A DNA stretch of 46,387 nt, counting the filler, from Jimgerdemannia flammicorona (lineage: Eukaryota): assembly GCA_003990765.1 (NCBI GenBank). It is 2 parts of 2 records of this genome, joined end to end, with 100 filler letters (N's around TTAATTAATTAA, not from the genome) between each part and the next. Parts side by side here need not be neighbours in the genome. Positions count along the whole stretch, not along the records: positions 23,245 to 46,387 come from RBNJ01001151.1; 1 more part is not named here. One strand, given 5' to 3'. Shown here piece by piece: positions 23,245 to 36,028 of this stretch (position 1 is its first letter; every line of letters begins with the position of its first letter). The notes beneath the pieces are model-generated. The model made no database searches. It saw only the letters and a list, made by a program, of their open reading frames with translations, and was not told where the DNA came from. The position numbers were made by a program, and so were the translations under genes.

Positions 23245-26200
23245 TATCTCCAAGGATGATTGTTCTTCACTTGTTCTTCATAACTTTGGAACTTGTCAAG
23301 AGACACCTCGTAAAACACAATCTCCGGGAACCAGTTCCTACGAATTCGACAACCTAGAGATCAGTAACCACGGCGAAATCTTTAGAGGCCGTAAAGAGTA
23401 TTCTAAACCTTACTTGTTCTGTCGTTGTTTTGCTGACAACATAAACACCTCCACTGTAGCGATGAACTCGGCCCTGTTCCGAATCCACGATTTTTGGGCG
23501 ATCTCTTGAGTGGCAACATAAACATTATTCAGGATAGCAACTATATCCAAAAAAAGAGGAGAAAGTTAGGATAATTGAACATAGAGATGGTTTTGAAAGA
23601 CAGAGGGAGGAACGAGAGAGTTGAGCGAAAGGTTGTGAAGCAAGAAGCAATTTTAATCATTGCACTTACGCAACATATTTAGCAGCACAATTGTGCTTAT
23701 GAAAGTGAATAACACCCTCATTATGTCGGTTGATCGTCCAGTCTTCCAGCTGTCAATCGCATTAAAGTCACCCCCCAAAAATTGCCACAGTAAATTCAGC
23801 GAACCATCCATATTGCCGAATGGGTTGCCTGAATCTGGTGGATTTTTTGCATTGTGAAGGAGAATCCACATTGAGTGAGAGAAGGCGAGGATGATTGCCG
23901 CCATGAAAATAACCAGCCAGACAAGACTCTTCATAATTTGAATCAGCAACGTGAAAAACAATCCAAAGCTGGCATGTACAAAGAGAGCGTAAGTCAATGA
24001 TTAATTACACAAGGATGAGCATGTAAGTAATAAGACACCAATGATAAGAGATATATATGTGAACTTTTCAACCAACCTTGGAAAAACTCTGAAGTTGAAT
24101 ACAACTAACAACCAAAGCGCCAGGACTGTCCAGGCTTGAAGGTCAATCGATTGGTCGTAATCTGGTGACGTGAGAAGCGTGCTAACGAGCACCAGTATAA
24201 AAGCAGCGCGGTCAATCCAATGATAGATGGATACCCAGTAGGTTATATTATTCCACCGCGTCAACAGCGGCCAAAAGTGGAGGAAGACTAGAAAAAATCC
24301 TGTGAGCACGACCAGTGTGATTTTGACTCCAGGGATCGTGAGCGTGTGCGGAGAAAGACTGACGGCGATCATATAAAAAAGGGCGTACGCAATGTAAAGA
24401 GCTAGGAGGCCGTAGTGATACCACTGTGCAAACGTGTTCCATTTATACTGAACGACAGCTTGGAATGCTGGCTCATCAAACACCCGGCTTTTGCAGAAGG
24501 CGAGCTCTGCAAACACGCTAAGGTGAATATTGAGGAATCCTGAATAGCGACTGACGACCTCTGGATAGCGATTGAGGCCGTAAAGAGGAGAAACGCATAG
24601 TTTTGGATGAAGCAGTCGTTCACCATTCCACCACAAGCCGAATGTTTTTCGTTGTTTCGACCACCAATTTCGAAGACCCGATTGATTGTAATTGGAAAGT
24701 TGTTCGACGCGTGCAAATACGTCATTTTGAAACTCCCCAGTTTCAGGAAATTCAGAAATCCACCGATTCAGCTGAATGTGCGATAAGTACTGTGCAATGA
24801 GAGGAGCCCATTTAGGCCTTTCTCGAGAAATGATTGGCAAAGCTCCGACGACAATTGCAAAGTAACCAAGCTCCAGAAGTCCACTATTGTTCTTCGCTTC
24901 ATCCTTTAAGCAGTACTTCACTATGATTTCGGCCACCCCAAAATTTCCAACACTCAACGCTTCCGTCAAAGCACTAGCGTCACGTAACTTAGCATTGTAA
25001 AAAAGGGGACGGTAGGCGTTGGCATTGAGTACTTTTTGTACCTGCTTGGCAGCTTCGGTGGGAGAACCTCGCACCATGTGGCCAAAGGTAGATGTCTTAG
25101 TTTTCAAATCGACCTCGTTGATAAGAAAGATCTCGCCTGACTTCAACATCCGCTCCAACATCCGCTTCACAGCCCTCTCATACGCCGTACTGGTCCTGCT
25201 TCTATAGCTCGCCCCAGAGAATTGAAGGTAGCGTAACGTGTGTTTAAGTGAAACGGGATGCGATGCGATGTCGACATGATCTTCATATGAGCTCCCATCG
25301 TGCTCATATACTATTATCATCTGCCGGATGGCGCCACCTGGAGGTGCGATGAGTTTAATTTGGCTGAAGGTTGCGTCCGTAGAGGGAAGGCACCAGTTGA
25401 ATTCTATCATGAGCTTGGTGTAAGTTGACTTTGTAGCGTTAATTATCTGCACAGTATGTCGGCCAGCAACAACGAAAGAATCGTTGGATATCCAATGACA
25501 CGCCAGTACGCGATCATTCCACGGTTCAGGACGAACAATTACTGGATTTAATGAGATAGTCAGCAGGGAAGTCGGGATATATATTTGGCATTCCATTCAT
25601 GACAATATCGTACAGGGGTAACAATCAATGGATATCTACCTGGGTATTCCTTAAATCCCAATATTTCCACTTGGCATTCCTTCGTTGGACCATTGCGCTG
25701 CTTTACATTGAGCTCTTTGACCGACATTTGATCGGGCTGTCCTTGGAGCGTATATTTCCCTGGCGGGGCCTTGAATTCCAATTTTTTGAACGAAGTGTTG
25801 TCGATGGGCGGTTGTTGTGTTTCGTTTAGGTTCTTCATAAAAAGGCGGGCAACGGTGGCCTTGAGCGGTGTCACGAAAGAGATCGATGACAATCCCGTAC
25901 CATTGATGACGACGTCAGAATTTTTGAACTCATTCAAAAATGTATGCGTAATCCGGATACCTTCAGCATCTTTAGCTTTCAAACCGGTCAAAGGATTCCA
26001 CACGCCTATAACGCAGTCCGTATCGCTGCCATCTATTGTCACGAGGAGAGGAGCACCATTGATCGTAACGAATTTCACGCCGACAACTTTCATCTCACTC
26101 ATGTCCACGCGATCAGCTTCGCAAATGGAGATACCAGTCTGAGTGGTGAAAATCTTCAAGCCGTTTGTGCCGTAGAACGCGACAAGATTGCGGTCTGCAT

Positions 26201-27793
26201 CGTAGTCATATTTATCGTTCAAATGAAATGTGTAGAGAAATGCTTGCTCCAATCGACCGGTCGAGACACACCACATTGTCGTATAGTTGGGGGTGTTGTG
26301 CCATAGAAAATGATCTTTCCCTAGCGGTTTCAACGGGGTTTTGAAGACTGGATCCGAGGGAAAGGGGTCCAAATGTTTTCTATTGAACGTGTGGGTCACC
26401 GTTTTGGATTTAATGTTCACGACAAAGAGGCGTTCTGAATCCGTTATCAGCAGGGTTTCGCCATTATCAAGAATGAAGATATTGCCGACAACATCTCTCC
26501 GGGAAAAGGAAACGTCATATGTGTCGTTGTCGCTCACGCTCAGGAAACAAATTTGACATTCCTCCGGAGCAAGGTTGGTATGATAACGGCCTAAAGCGAT
26601 TTGGGGTAATTTGTTATCGCATGTGTTCGAAACAGCAAGACTGAATTGATCGTGAGGGAGCTCTCGAGACCAGACACCAGCGTCGTCGAGTTCCTTGAGT
26701 TTAAATTCTCGAAGCGGTATATGCTGGGCAAACTTGGGGTCCTGCCCTTCGGGAAGATGCCAAACCGTGAGGACCCCATCATCTCCACTGAAGCAAGCTG
26801 CGTAGCGGCGATCCGGCGAACATTCGATCAGTCCAATGGGAGCTTGGTGTGGATTGAGAAAAGGTTGCCGGTCTTTATACTTGAAGGACGCCGTGTAGTT
26901 GATTTTGAGGTCTGAACTAGACTGTGCGAGGCGGATAACAGGATAAAGCCCGTCCGGAAGACTTTCCTTTCTCACGATCACTGTGGAGTTGAGAAAAATA
27001 AGATTGAGAAATAATATAATACAATCTTTGGAGCGCTTCATTGGATGGAACTCATTGTTGAGGTACCTTACCCTTTCCTTGCCCATCACTCCTTATGTAA
27101 AAAATAGACCAAAAGTTCTCCTCTTTTTCTGTATAGCGCGTCACGCCAAATCCAATTGTGGTTCCAACATCCACTGTGCTTGGGTCATGCATATATAACG
27201 TGTTTCCAAACTTCAAGGACCCTGTCAGCGGCTCGTAGTTCCATGTGCAGTCCTGCTCGAGACCTGAATTCAATTACTTTAGAGAAGAAACCATTTCTCG
27301 TGAAATATAAGAAACAATCCATGTTACTCACCTCGACCGAATCTTTCACCCTCTGTCAGATCGAACCATCGCTCGTATACAAATCCTAGCCAAACGGCAC
27401 TTCAATAGGTGGGGAATGGATGGTAACGGTTAGCTGGGCGTTATTATGAAATATGACGATGCTGGATACTCTATGAGAACACACCTTGGCGCCTGATCAC
27501 CCCTGAGAGTTATCTCAAAATAAAAATTTTCGGTTATGCTGGCATTTCCCCGAAAGTAATGAATTTCACCTTTTCGCATTTGAAAGGAAAAAACAAACAA
27601 GTAAGACGTCGGCTTGCTTCCGCGACATAAGGCGAAAAGGCATCCGGCATTGCAGTGTCTTCTTTAACGTACCATCGGAACTTGTGAGTGACAGCGGAAT
27701 GACTGGATTGTTCCTATCTGAGATGGTATAACATGGCCTGGAATCAACGTCAACGTCAATGTGGGTATCGGGAATACGGGGTATGGATTCCAT
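23245..27793 (-). CDS. multi-exon gene: beta-propeller (WD40-like) N-terminus + TRP-like 6-TM cation channel, 3' end truncated by the linker
   Basis: Large exons ~26980-25614, ~25541-24077, ~23968-23670, ~23540-23415 with GT-AG borders; ECSPDRRYAAC, LTVW, IGVWN; FDEPAFQAVVQYKWNTF, six hydrophobic helices, pore NPFG..LLWQFLGGDF, IVLLNML|VAILNNVY. Small 5' exons less certain. Confidence 0.85.
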
Positions 27794-27808
27794 GGTAATG
27801 GACGTATC

Positions 27809-27895
27809 GGTCGATGGGATAAAGGGTTTAGGTCGATGGGTAAAGGGTTTAGGTCGATGAGGTAAAGGGTTTAGGTCGATGGGGTAAAGGGTTTA
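27809..27895. repeat. 21-22-bp G-rich tandem repeat x4 upstream of the channel gene
   Basis: GGTCGATGGG(G/A)TAAAGGGTTTA-like units at 27809, 27831, 27852 and 27874. Confidence 0.9.
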
Positions 27896-28536
27896 GTTGG
27901 ATGCGAAGTAGGAGTCCAGCAAACTGGAAACACTTTAAGAATTAGACTGCGGATCCCGCCGCAGGTGGATTGAATCAATGGACATTATCTGCGGCAGACT
28001 GTCCGACCGTCTTCGTCAGCTCGTACTACGGCTGAGCCTTCATGCTGCGCAACCGAAACCATTGAAACGCCGGTATGTATGCATACGTTATTTTATATAA
28101 TGATTTATAACGGTCTAATATTTAACTATAAAGGGATACGTGACAAATGCAGAAAATGGTTTTATTTAACCATTTGAGATGCTCGTAAGTGTGATGGCTA
28201 GAACAGTGCCCTCAACAACAGAGGTTTTTGGTAGAAGAATTGTTTATTTGCTGCGGACGAAGCTTCTGGAAAAATTATGCAACATGACGTGACCGAACCA
28301 AACGGGTGCAATTGTAATAATGTCTGTCACAGACATGCGGTTCCGACAAACAAATCAAGATAGATCAGCCACTGGCCGAGTGTTGGGGCTTGAATCTCAC
28401 GTCGGTGATATGGGGTATGCTGCAACAAAGTGAACATATGACGTCATTCAGACATCAGGCTCGAAGATTTATTTTCGCTGTTGCTTCATTCTTTACAAAT
28501 GATCTGGTCCTTTGCCTTCTTTAGTAGATGCCAACC

Positions 28537-31202
28537 TTATTCCGGGTCGGGGGGAGACGACGCGAGATTGATAGAGGCATCTAGTCGAGTGTAGGTTGAG
28601 CCATATATCCAGCTAGAATCCTCCTCCTCCTCCTCCTCCTCCTCCTCCTCCTTTCCGTCCCCCTCATCCTCGAATGTCTTGACGGGGCTGGTGCGACTCA
28701 GAGTTATCGTATCCGACATTAATTGCTAAAAAAGACAATACCCGTTAGTCGACAACGGTTTAAACATCCTTTTTGCAACGAGATAAATGTCGATACATAC
28801 GCGCACTTGGAGAAGATGAGTCAGGGCCTGGATTTGTGGCCTCATGTCCTGAATTGAGGTAGGCAGTTGATATATAGGGTATTCGTGGAACAGAGACACA
28901 TATGACCGGCCTCCTGCTGGTCGCAGCTCAAATGTTTGGAATCCGCAGCCTATGGCACAAGTATTATTATATAAGTGTTAGTCGCAGGAAAAAAAAAAAC
29001 TTGTAATTGTACTTACTGCCCGTATAGATGCCAAAAAATCGGCCTTTGTCCCAAAGCTCTTCATTTCTAGTATCTTGTAGTCTGTGCATCATAATGGTGT
29101 GCGTCTCACGGAACAAATCAACGCCTGTCTCCTTGAGGAACTTATTGGAATATTCGTCCCAGTCCTTCATGCGCTCCACAATCATGTAATCTTTTTTTTC
29201 GACAACATCACGAACGACAAGATCAAGCTTCCGCCCAACTTGCTTTCTCGGTGTTTGAGTATCAGTGTGATATCGCCGATTAGAGTTACGTCGCTTTCCA
29301 CTCTCAATGCCTGACTTTTCCCCGTCAATCATAAACAGATCGTCCATGTCGTCCAGGAACTCGGTCAGCAATGGCCAAGATTTGCGAGCCCAAAAAGCCT
29401 CTGACAGATCACTCACACTAAACGGTGACGGGGTCTTGCTGTAGAGCCTCTGCCTATAACAGACAGGCCAGGAGAGTTGTGGTTAGTAATCTGTATCCTG
29501 TTGCCATACTACATATGCTGCAAACATGTCATGACCATCGTACCAGATCTTGCAGGAATCCTGGACCAAAGTGCAGGCAAACTCGTCAATGTCTGGCAGT
29601 GGTACTTGACATGCAGGATTTCTTCCTTTGACCAATGCCTTCATCATCCTCAACAGAAAACTGGTGGTTGAAGGTGGCAACTCCGGTAACTCAAAGACAT
29701 TCTTTTCCATCATCTCCTCCCACTCATCCTCACTGAACATATTCTTGGTTACTGCGCAAGAGAAATCGATAGTGAAGGACCGTATCTTGATCGTCGCGCC
29801 TTCCTGAAGGCAAGCTTTTTGAAGGATCTCTTCCACCGAACGCCCAGAGCGTAGAACCCAGAACCGACTCTGGTCCATTCCTGCATAGCGCTATCAAGGC
29901 AGATGCAAAGAGGTATTAGTACTCTATGCTATAATGCATCAGGTGTCGTGTTAGATATGTGCTCGTTCATCTACCTGTTCTCGCCGAGCCTTTTTGCTAG
30001 CAGAAATCTCTGCTGATGCTTCTTGTGTTCCAGGCTTTTCATATCGGTCTCTACGTTTTGCTCTAGTGGTGGACGATCCAGACTTTTGCGCTTTCTAGAG
30101 TGTATGAATAGAAAGTTAAAGACAGATCAATTTTTTTTTAAAAAAAGCTTCGGCATAATTTCGCTCACCTTCATTTCATTGTTCACTATTTCCTCGCGAA
30201 TCCCAAGTACATCCTAGATAAAAAAACAAAAAACAAAAACAAACGTCAGCAGTGGAGAATTAACCGAACCGCAAGAAATCGAAGTACGAGAGCAAACATT
30301 TTTCAAAACCGTGTTCCACCTGCGCGAGAGCAATCTCTTTGTCATTGCTGCTATCCTGCTCCTCATCGTCGAGAGCACTCGATTCACGTTTGGAATTACG
30401 TGAATGCTCTTTGGTAAATTCCTCTTCTGCCGCATTTGCGGTGATCTTGTCATTAATCGTTTCCTAGACGTCGATAAAAATTTAAGAAAAAGAATAAATA
30501 TTAACATTCCAAGTGGAAGAGACAACACTTGCTGGGCTCCCAGTTAACTTCTCCAGGTCCTACGAGATAATCTTTGTAGTATGTTTTCCATAGGTGAAGA
30601 GCCAGAATGAGATGGAACAGCAGTAAGACAAACCCACGTCATAATTGTATATATCGGCTTTTGTATTCGCTCGATCGTTCTCTGCCGCCGCTTGAAAATC
30701 TTGTTGCGTTTGGTCTGTTACTTTTCTTCGTTTCTAAAATAAAAAGTAATTAATAGAATACTTTATCTTCAATGATACAATAATCTTTATACTTACTGCT
30801 GCTCGACCTCATCGTATGTCAAGCAAGGTATCCCCAATGGTTTTCAGACATTGCGCTCGCTGTGAGGTCTTTGAGAACAAATATGTCAGATTGTATCGAG
30901 ACAAAAATTCACGCCAAAACACAATAAACAATAAGAAACCATACAATCTGATTGTGAAGCTTTCGAGCGCATGACACAACATCACGACTGATGTTATCGA
31001 TTTTGGTAATGCCACCGAGGCTTTGAACGTATATATCGAACACCTCTTGCGGTGTTGTTACAGGGTTCTCGTCATATACTGATTTTGCAATAAGATCAAA
31101 TTTATCCCACCGCTTCAAATGTGTTGCAGCAAAAAATTTGTTGATTTTGGAGGGAGGTCGACAAAAACTTTCTCGCAGTGTAAACGTGTCTAGTTTGGAC
31201 AT
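28537..31202 (-). CDS. multi-exon fungal protein with a probable PD-(D/E)XK restriction-endonuclease-like C-terminal domain
   Basis: Exonic ORFs 31202-~30944, 29878-~29542, ~29455-29018, 28727-28537 with GTAAGT/GTACGA donors and CTAAC branch sites; WVLRSGRSVE, GEKSGIESGKRRN..GRKLDL..IVERMK; poly-Glu from (TCC)n at 28619-28651. Confidence 0.65.
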
Positions 31203-32115
31203 CTGTAAAAGTTGGTGTTGTATATATTAGCCAAAATAATCAATAAACGTAATTATCATATTCATAATAACTCTCATCCATTTGGATGGCTCGGTCACAT
31301 CATGCATGTTGAGACACATAACGATCGCAGGGAATCCCCATACAAACTGGCCACTCTTTTTGTGTTGAACAATCAAGTGGCGTTATAGACCTCCTGCGAA
31401 CACAGACCAACACCCTCCTGGAAGCAAGCTCTTTCCGCAACCCCCCCTCTTACACATGTGTTGAACATGGAAGATTTGCAAGGAGACCCTTTCTCCGGCC
31501 AAGTCGTCCACCCGCTGTGTTGAACTGTCGGGTGGGGCTTGACAGCCGGCTTGCAACAAAAGGAGGCGCGTGTATGTTCAATATGTTGTTGAGATTAATA
31601 CTTATCTTGAGTCGACGACATGACATTAGCTGCGGCAGGGTACCCGATAAAAAGCAGGCAAAAAATTTTAATTTTGGATGACGTAAGCGGTACCCCGGCG
31701 GGTGAAAATATGTAGAGGAATCCGTAGAACAAGACGACGGCAAAAGTCATAAGGTCCTTAGGGATTGATGGGAAAAGGTGGTGGGAAGTTAGTAGAAGTC
31801 AAGGACGGGTCGACCGAACTTGAACGGTATAAAAGAATCGAGAGAGTAAGGGTGTATCCAGCGCGGCATAATTGGGACGTTTTGAGTTTGGGAGAGGGGA
31901 AGGATTGCAAGCATTCGGCGAGGAATTGTTGGGATGTTCATGTTGGTAAAGCTCGATGTTTACTTGCCAGAACTGGCAACCTTCCGAAGAGGAGGAAAAT
32001 GAACCTCACCTCATTAATGAGTCTTAGAGAATCTTGACTCCCAGATCCACGCAATCTACGCAATAATATATAAATACATATAAAACTGGATCATCTTTAT
32101 CGATGAATTTACATT

Positions 32116-32561
32116 ATGGTTCAAAATGACATACAGGATTATCCCTACATAAATTATCAATATGAAACTAATTTATATAAAGTCCACTATGGAACCAAAA
32201 AATTACAGCACCATCAGAAGCATTTTGAAACAAGAACAAGGCGAGAAATTGCTCCTTACGTTTTTAAATTATCTGACACCAAAGCTATTGAAGAATATTT
32301 GGATAAAGAGAGAATAACTTACAAAATTTACCAACAATTATATGTCAATTCTAATAATTCTAATAAATGCATAAATACTGCTCATCAAGAAGATATTTCT
32401 GGATGAAGTCAGGAATTAAATCTTAAGAAGCAAGAATTACCAGAAACTTTCCAAGAACCAAGGAAAAAACAAAAACATTAGAGATTGCATGAGTATACAC
32501 ATAGGAGTATTCCTTTATATTTTTAATACACTACGTTGAAGAAATTTAACAAAACCAGAAT

Positions 32562-32600
<39 letters not shown>

Positions 32601-34353
32601 AATGACAAAAATCTAACTGAATACAAAAGGGCACTCTATTTTTTTGGAAGTGGGATGCGATTGCAGTTGCTCATCCAAGGTTCCTAAAGAAGAGTTTGCT
32701 GAATTATGGGAAGCTTTTCAAGCACTTTCCAAGCTTGAACAAGACATCTTTTTAATGGCCCAACTCAAAGCCATAGATGGCGGATCCATAAGCACTAGTC
32801 ACCATCTCAAGAATAAAGCTTGTATTAATAAAAGAACCTTATACTGTTGAGACCGCAATACATCTCTTTGCCAGAAAACCTATTTAAATATACTGAGAAT
32901 TGGTCGAACTCATTTTGAAAATATCAGAAATCATTTGCTAAATAATGGTCTTTTATTATGGCTCTACAGTAATGTAAAGAGAATGCTGCAGTGAAAAACC
33001 AAGATGGTTATTGATAAAGATATGGCTACCGCAGTTAAGAATTTTATCATAAATTATGCTGAAGTTCATGGTTTACCTAGCCCAGTGAGAAATGTTAATC
33101 AAGTCACACAATCAGTTATCTTTTTACCTGCAGAAATGAACTACAAGTCCATTCACCATAACTTCTTGGCTGGTCTAGAAGAAGACAGCACTCTGAACAC
33201 ACTCAAATATGATGCGTTTTGCAAATTGTAGTATCAGTTGACTCTACATATCCAAATCATGAGCCCCAGAACTGATTTATGTGATACTTGCCAACACTTA
33301 AAGAACGACTTGCAATTCAAAGCTCATAAAGAAGAAGAGGCCTAAGATTTATTAAAGAGATATAAAAAACATTTGGTCAAAGCCAAATTAGAATGAAATT
33401 ATTATAACAAAAATACCAAGTTGGTAGAAGAATAAAGGAAACTTATCAGTCAATATTCATTGGCAAATACTAGGACTCGATATTGCAACATTGATGCTAC
33501 CACTCATTACAACTATGATTGAGTGTAAAATGTCCATGTGCCCCATTCAGATCAACAAATCGGTAAAGTGTATTATCTTAGTGCTCGCAAAGTACACTTG
33601 TTTGGTATTCAGGATAAAGTAGTAAGAGAACAAATTAATTATGTTCTTGATGAGAATGAACTACTTAGAAAGGGTCCAAATGGTATGCTTAGTCTAGTCT
33701 TTGACAGAATTAAGCAATTGAATAAAGGTAAAAAGCACTTAAAAATTACTTGCGACAATATGAGTAGACAAAACAAAAACAATACTACTCTTTGATTTTA
33801 CTTATATTTGGTAATTTGTGGTTATTATGAAAGTATTGAATTGAACTTCATGGTTCTAGGTTATACCAAATTCAAATATGATGGTAGTTTTGGACTGATC
33901 AAAAGATTTTATCATAAAACCATGGTAGATTGTATAGATCATATCATTAATGTGATAAAAAGATCTAGCATTACTGGATTAAACAAAGCTTGATGTTATA
34001 ATGGTGATGAAGGTTTTTAATATTATGACATCATAAGTAGCCTAGCAACTTACTTTAAAAAATTACCTGGCCTATAAAAGTTTCAGCACTTTTTTTTCAC
34101 CAGTGCTAATCCTGAGATAATCAAAGCCCAAGCAGTTGTAAATGGTCCTTTCTAGAAATTCAAGTTATTGAAGACTAAATCCGCAATTTCTCGACCTATA
34201 GAAAAAATCAAAGCTTTGTCAATTCCAGTGCTTAAGCCTGTTCCTATGAAATTGAAATGCCAGGAGTACCTCTATCACAATATTTACCCCTTTGTTCGAG
34301 ATGAATTTAAAGATATTACTTGTCCCAAGTCAGTATTAAATATCATTGAGTAA
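32116..34353 (+). pseudogene. decayed Sola-like DNA transposase
   Basis: CDCSC, YAEVHGLPSP, PRTDLCDTC, YYLSARKVHLFGI, DENELLRKGPN, CDNMSRQNKN (cf. DNCxGQNKN), LGYTKF..DGSFG (cf. GHTKFxxDxxFG); many stops; (TA)n insertion; TIRs not found. Confidence 0.75.
32565..32596. repeat. (TA)n microsatellite
   Basis: About 16 AT units. Confidence 0.9.
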
Positions 34354-34362
34354 TAAATAACT

Positions 34363-36028
34363 TTATTTCTCTTCTCTAACTTTCCCTTTAACTAATAAGT
34401 AAATAGATATTCTAGTAATAATAGTGAAAGTTATTTCTAATCCGATTCAAGGAGTTCAATTAAATTGTTTTTCACTAGCTATTTAGGCTTCTAGTCTAGC
34501 TAATTCTGCTTTTTTAATTTCTAATTCTTGTTCTTGCTCTTTAGTTCGATTAGTAATCCTTTCTAAATCTTTGATTTCTTTTATTTTTATTAGTTTAGCA
34601 GTATGTCTCTCAGCCTCTTTTATTTTCTTAGGATGGTTTTTTCTCTATTCTGCCAGAGCTTCTTCTTTGTGTTTTGGATAATTTGGATCATTTTTTTATT
34701 CTGTATAATATCTTTTGGGATCTCTTATTTTTTTCGGCAATACATTCGTTTTCCATGGTACCAGTAAATTGATTATTTTTTTTGGGTCTGAATTGCCTTC
34801 ATCATTTGCATTGTGTGAATCTAGGAAACAGATTTACCACAAATTCAGAGTCTGAGTAATCATTAGCATAATCAGGAATTACATTTAGTTCTTTTTTTCA
34901 TATCCTATAGGCTAATTCTCCGATTTGAGCTTTGATAGCAAAGTTGTGACAATCTAAGATATTTTCACATTTTTCCATTAATTGTTGCAAGATATTATAA
35001 AGTTGAGATCAAGTTTTTGAGTTGATAGTGCTGATATTATTGGGCAATTTCTCTTTTCTGGAGATAGCTATTGTTCCAATTTCTTCATATAATTTAGCAA
35101 CCAATTTGTCAGTTTGAGCAATAATTTTGTATTGATTGTGTGGTAAAGCTTTTTGAATTTTCTCAGCTATTTCAGGGGAAGCCAGACTCCACATAATTCC
35201 ACCTGTTTCTCCTCAATCTTCTTGGTATTTAGGAATTACTCACATATAGAAGTGGGGTGAGTTTTGGTTCCCAAGTCAGCCAACAGGGATGCTAATAAGA
35301 AAACTGATTGTTTTGTTAACTTGTTCTATTTTGCTAATTGTGTCCTTAAGTACAGGCAAGATATCATCTCATTCTTGCCGAGTTATCTCTCTGAGGTTTT
35401 TGGCAATACGTTTGGTAGAAATTGCTGAATGAGCTTTAGAGTTGGCCCTTAAAACTATACCAGAATATACAGTTCCCCCTAAGTCACTAATTCACAACTT
35501 ACTTATTCCTTCTTCATGTACTTTGACATTATCACACATATGGCAAACTAGTTCACTTTCTTCAGCACTTTTCAGATAAATATATCTAGCGGTATTATCT
35601 GGTTTCCAAAAAAAATATTTATTTTGCTCCCCACTTTTAATTTGTTGGTGGCAATTACAACATTGAGAGCATTTATATCCTCAACTGTCTTCATAAGTGG
35701 TGACATCTCAATCCAACATAATTTGACATTAATTACAGTAGATAGTTATTCAATCTCATCTGCCACTGCCTTTTTGATTAAGAGTTCTATACCGAAAAGA
35801 TCAATCAAAATTCTCTTTGTTTTTACATTTTTGTAAGACTTGATTAAAGAGCTTTATTTTATTTCTCTCTCAATCTTTGTTAGTATTTTCATCTAATTCT
35901 TTTTGCAGAAGAGTTTCAGTACATCCTCAACAACAAAATTCAATGTGTTCTCTTTCTTCTTGATCTCATCAGTTGATAGTTAATCCTTCTTTGGTATTTT
36001 TACAATTAAAACATTCTTTTTTGGTCAT
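34363..36028 (-). pseudogene. genetic-code-4 (UGA=Trp) Mollicute-like gene: Cys-rich N-terminus, tandem HIT-like domains, coiled coil, C-terminal TM anchor
   Basis: Manual translation from ATG 36028: ~430 codons in one frame with 18 TGA, 2 TGG and only one TAA; a frameshift in an A-run near 34730; then a coiled coil with 3 stops, ending FNWTPWIGLEITFTIITRISIYLLVKGKVREEK* (2 more TGA). Confidence 0.8.

Noticed and set aside
27809..27895. Interstitial telomere
   Set aside because: The unit is 21-22 bp with only one TTTAGG-like core, not tandem telomeric hexamers or heptamers.
31450..32037. Short ORFs 31450-31743 (-) and 31765-32037 (+)
   Set aside because: No motifs or splice support; likely intergenic.
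34363..36028. NUMT explanation for UGA=Trp
   Set aside because: No resemblance to respiratory genes, homing endonucleases or plasmid polymerases; HIT-like domains plus a C-terminal anchor fit a Mollicute better. Not formally excluded without a search.
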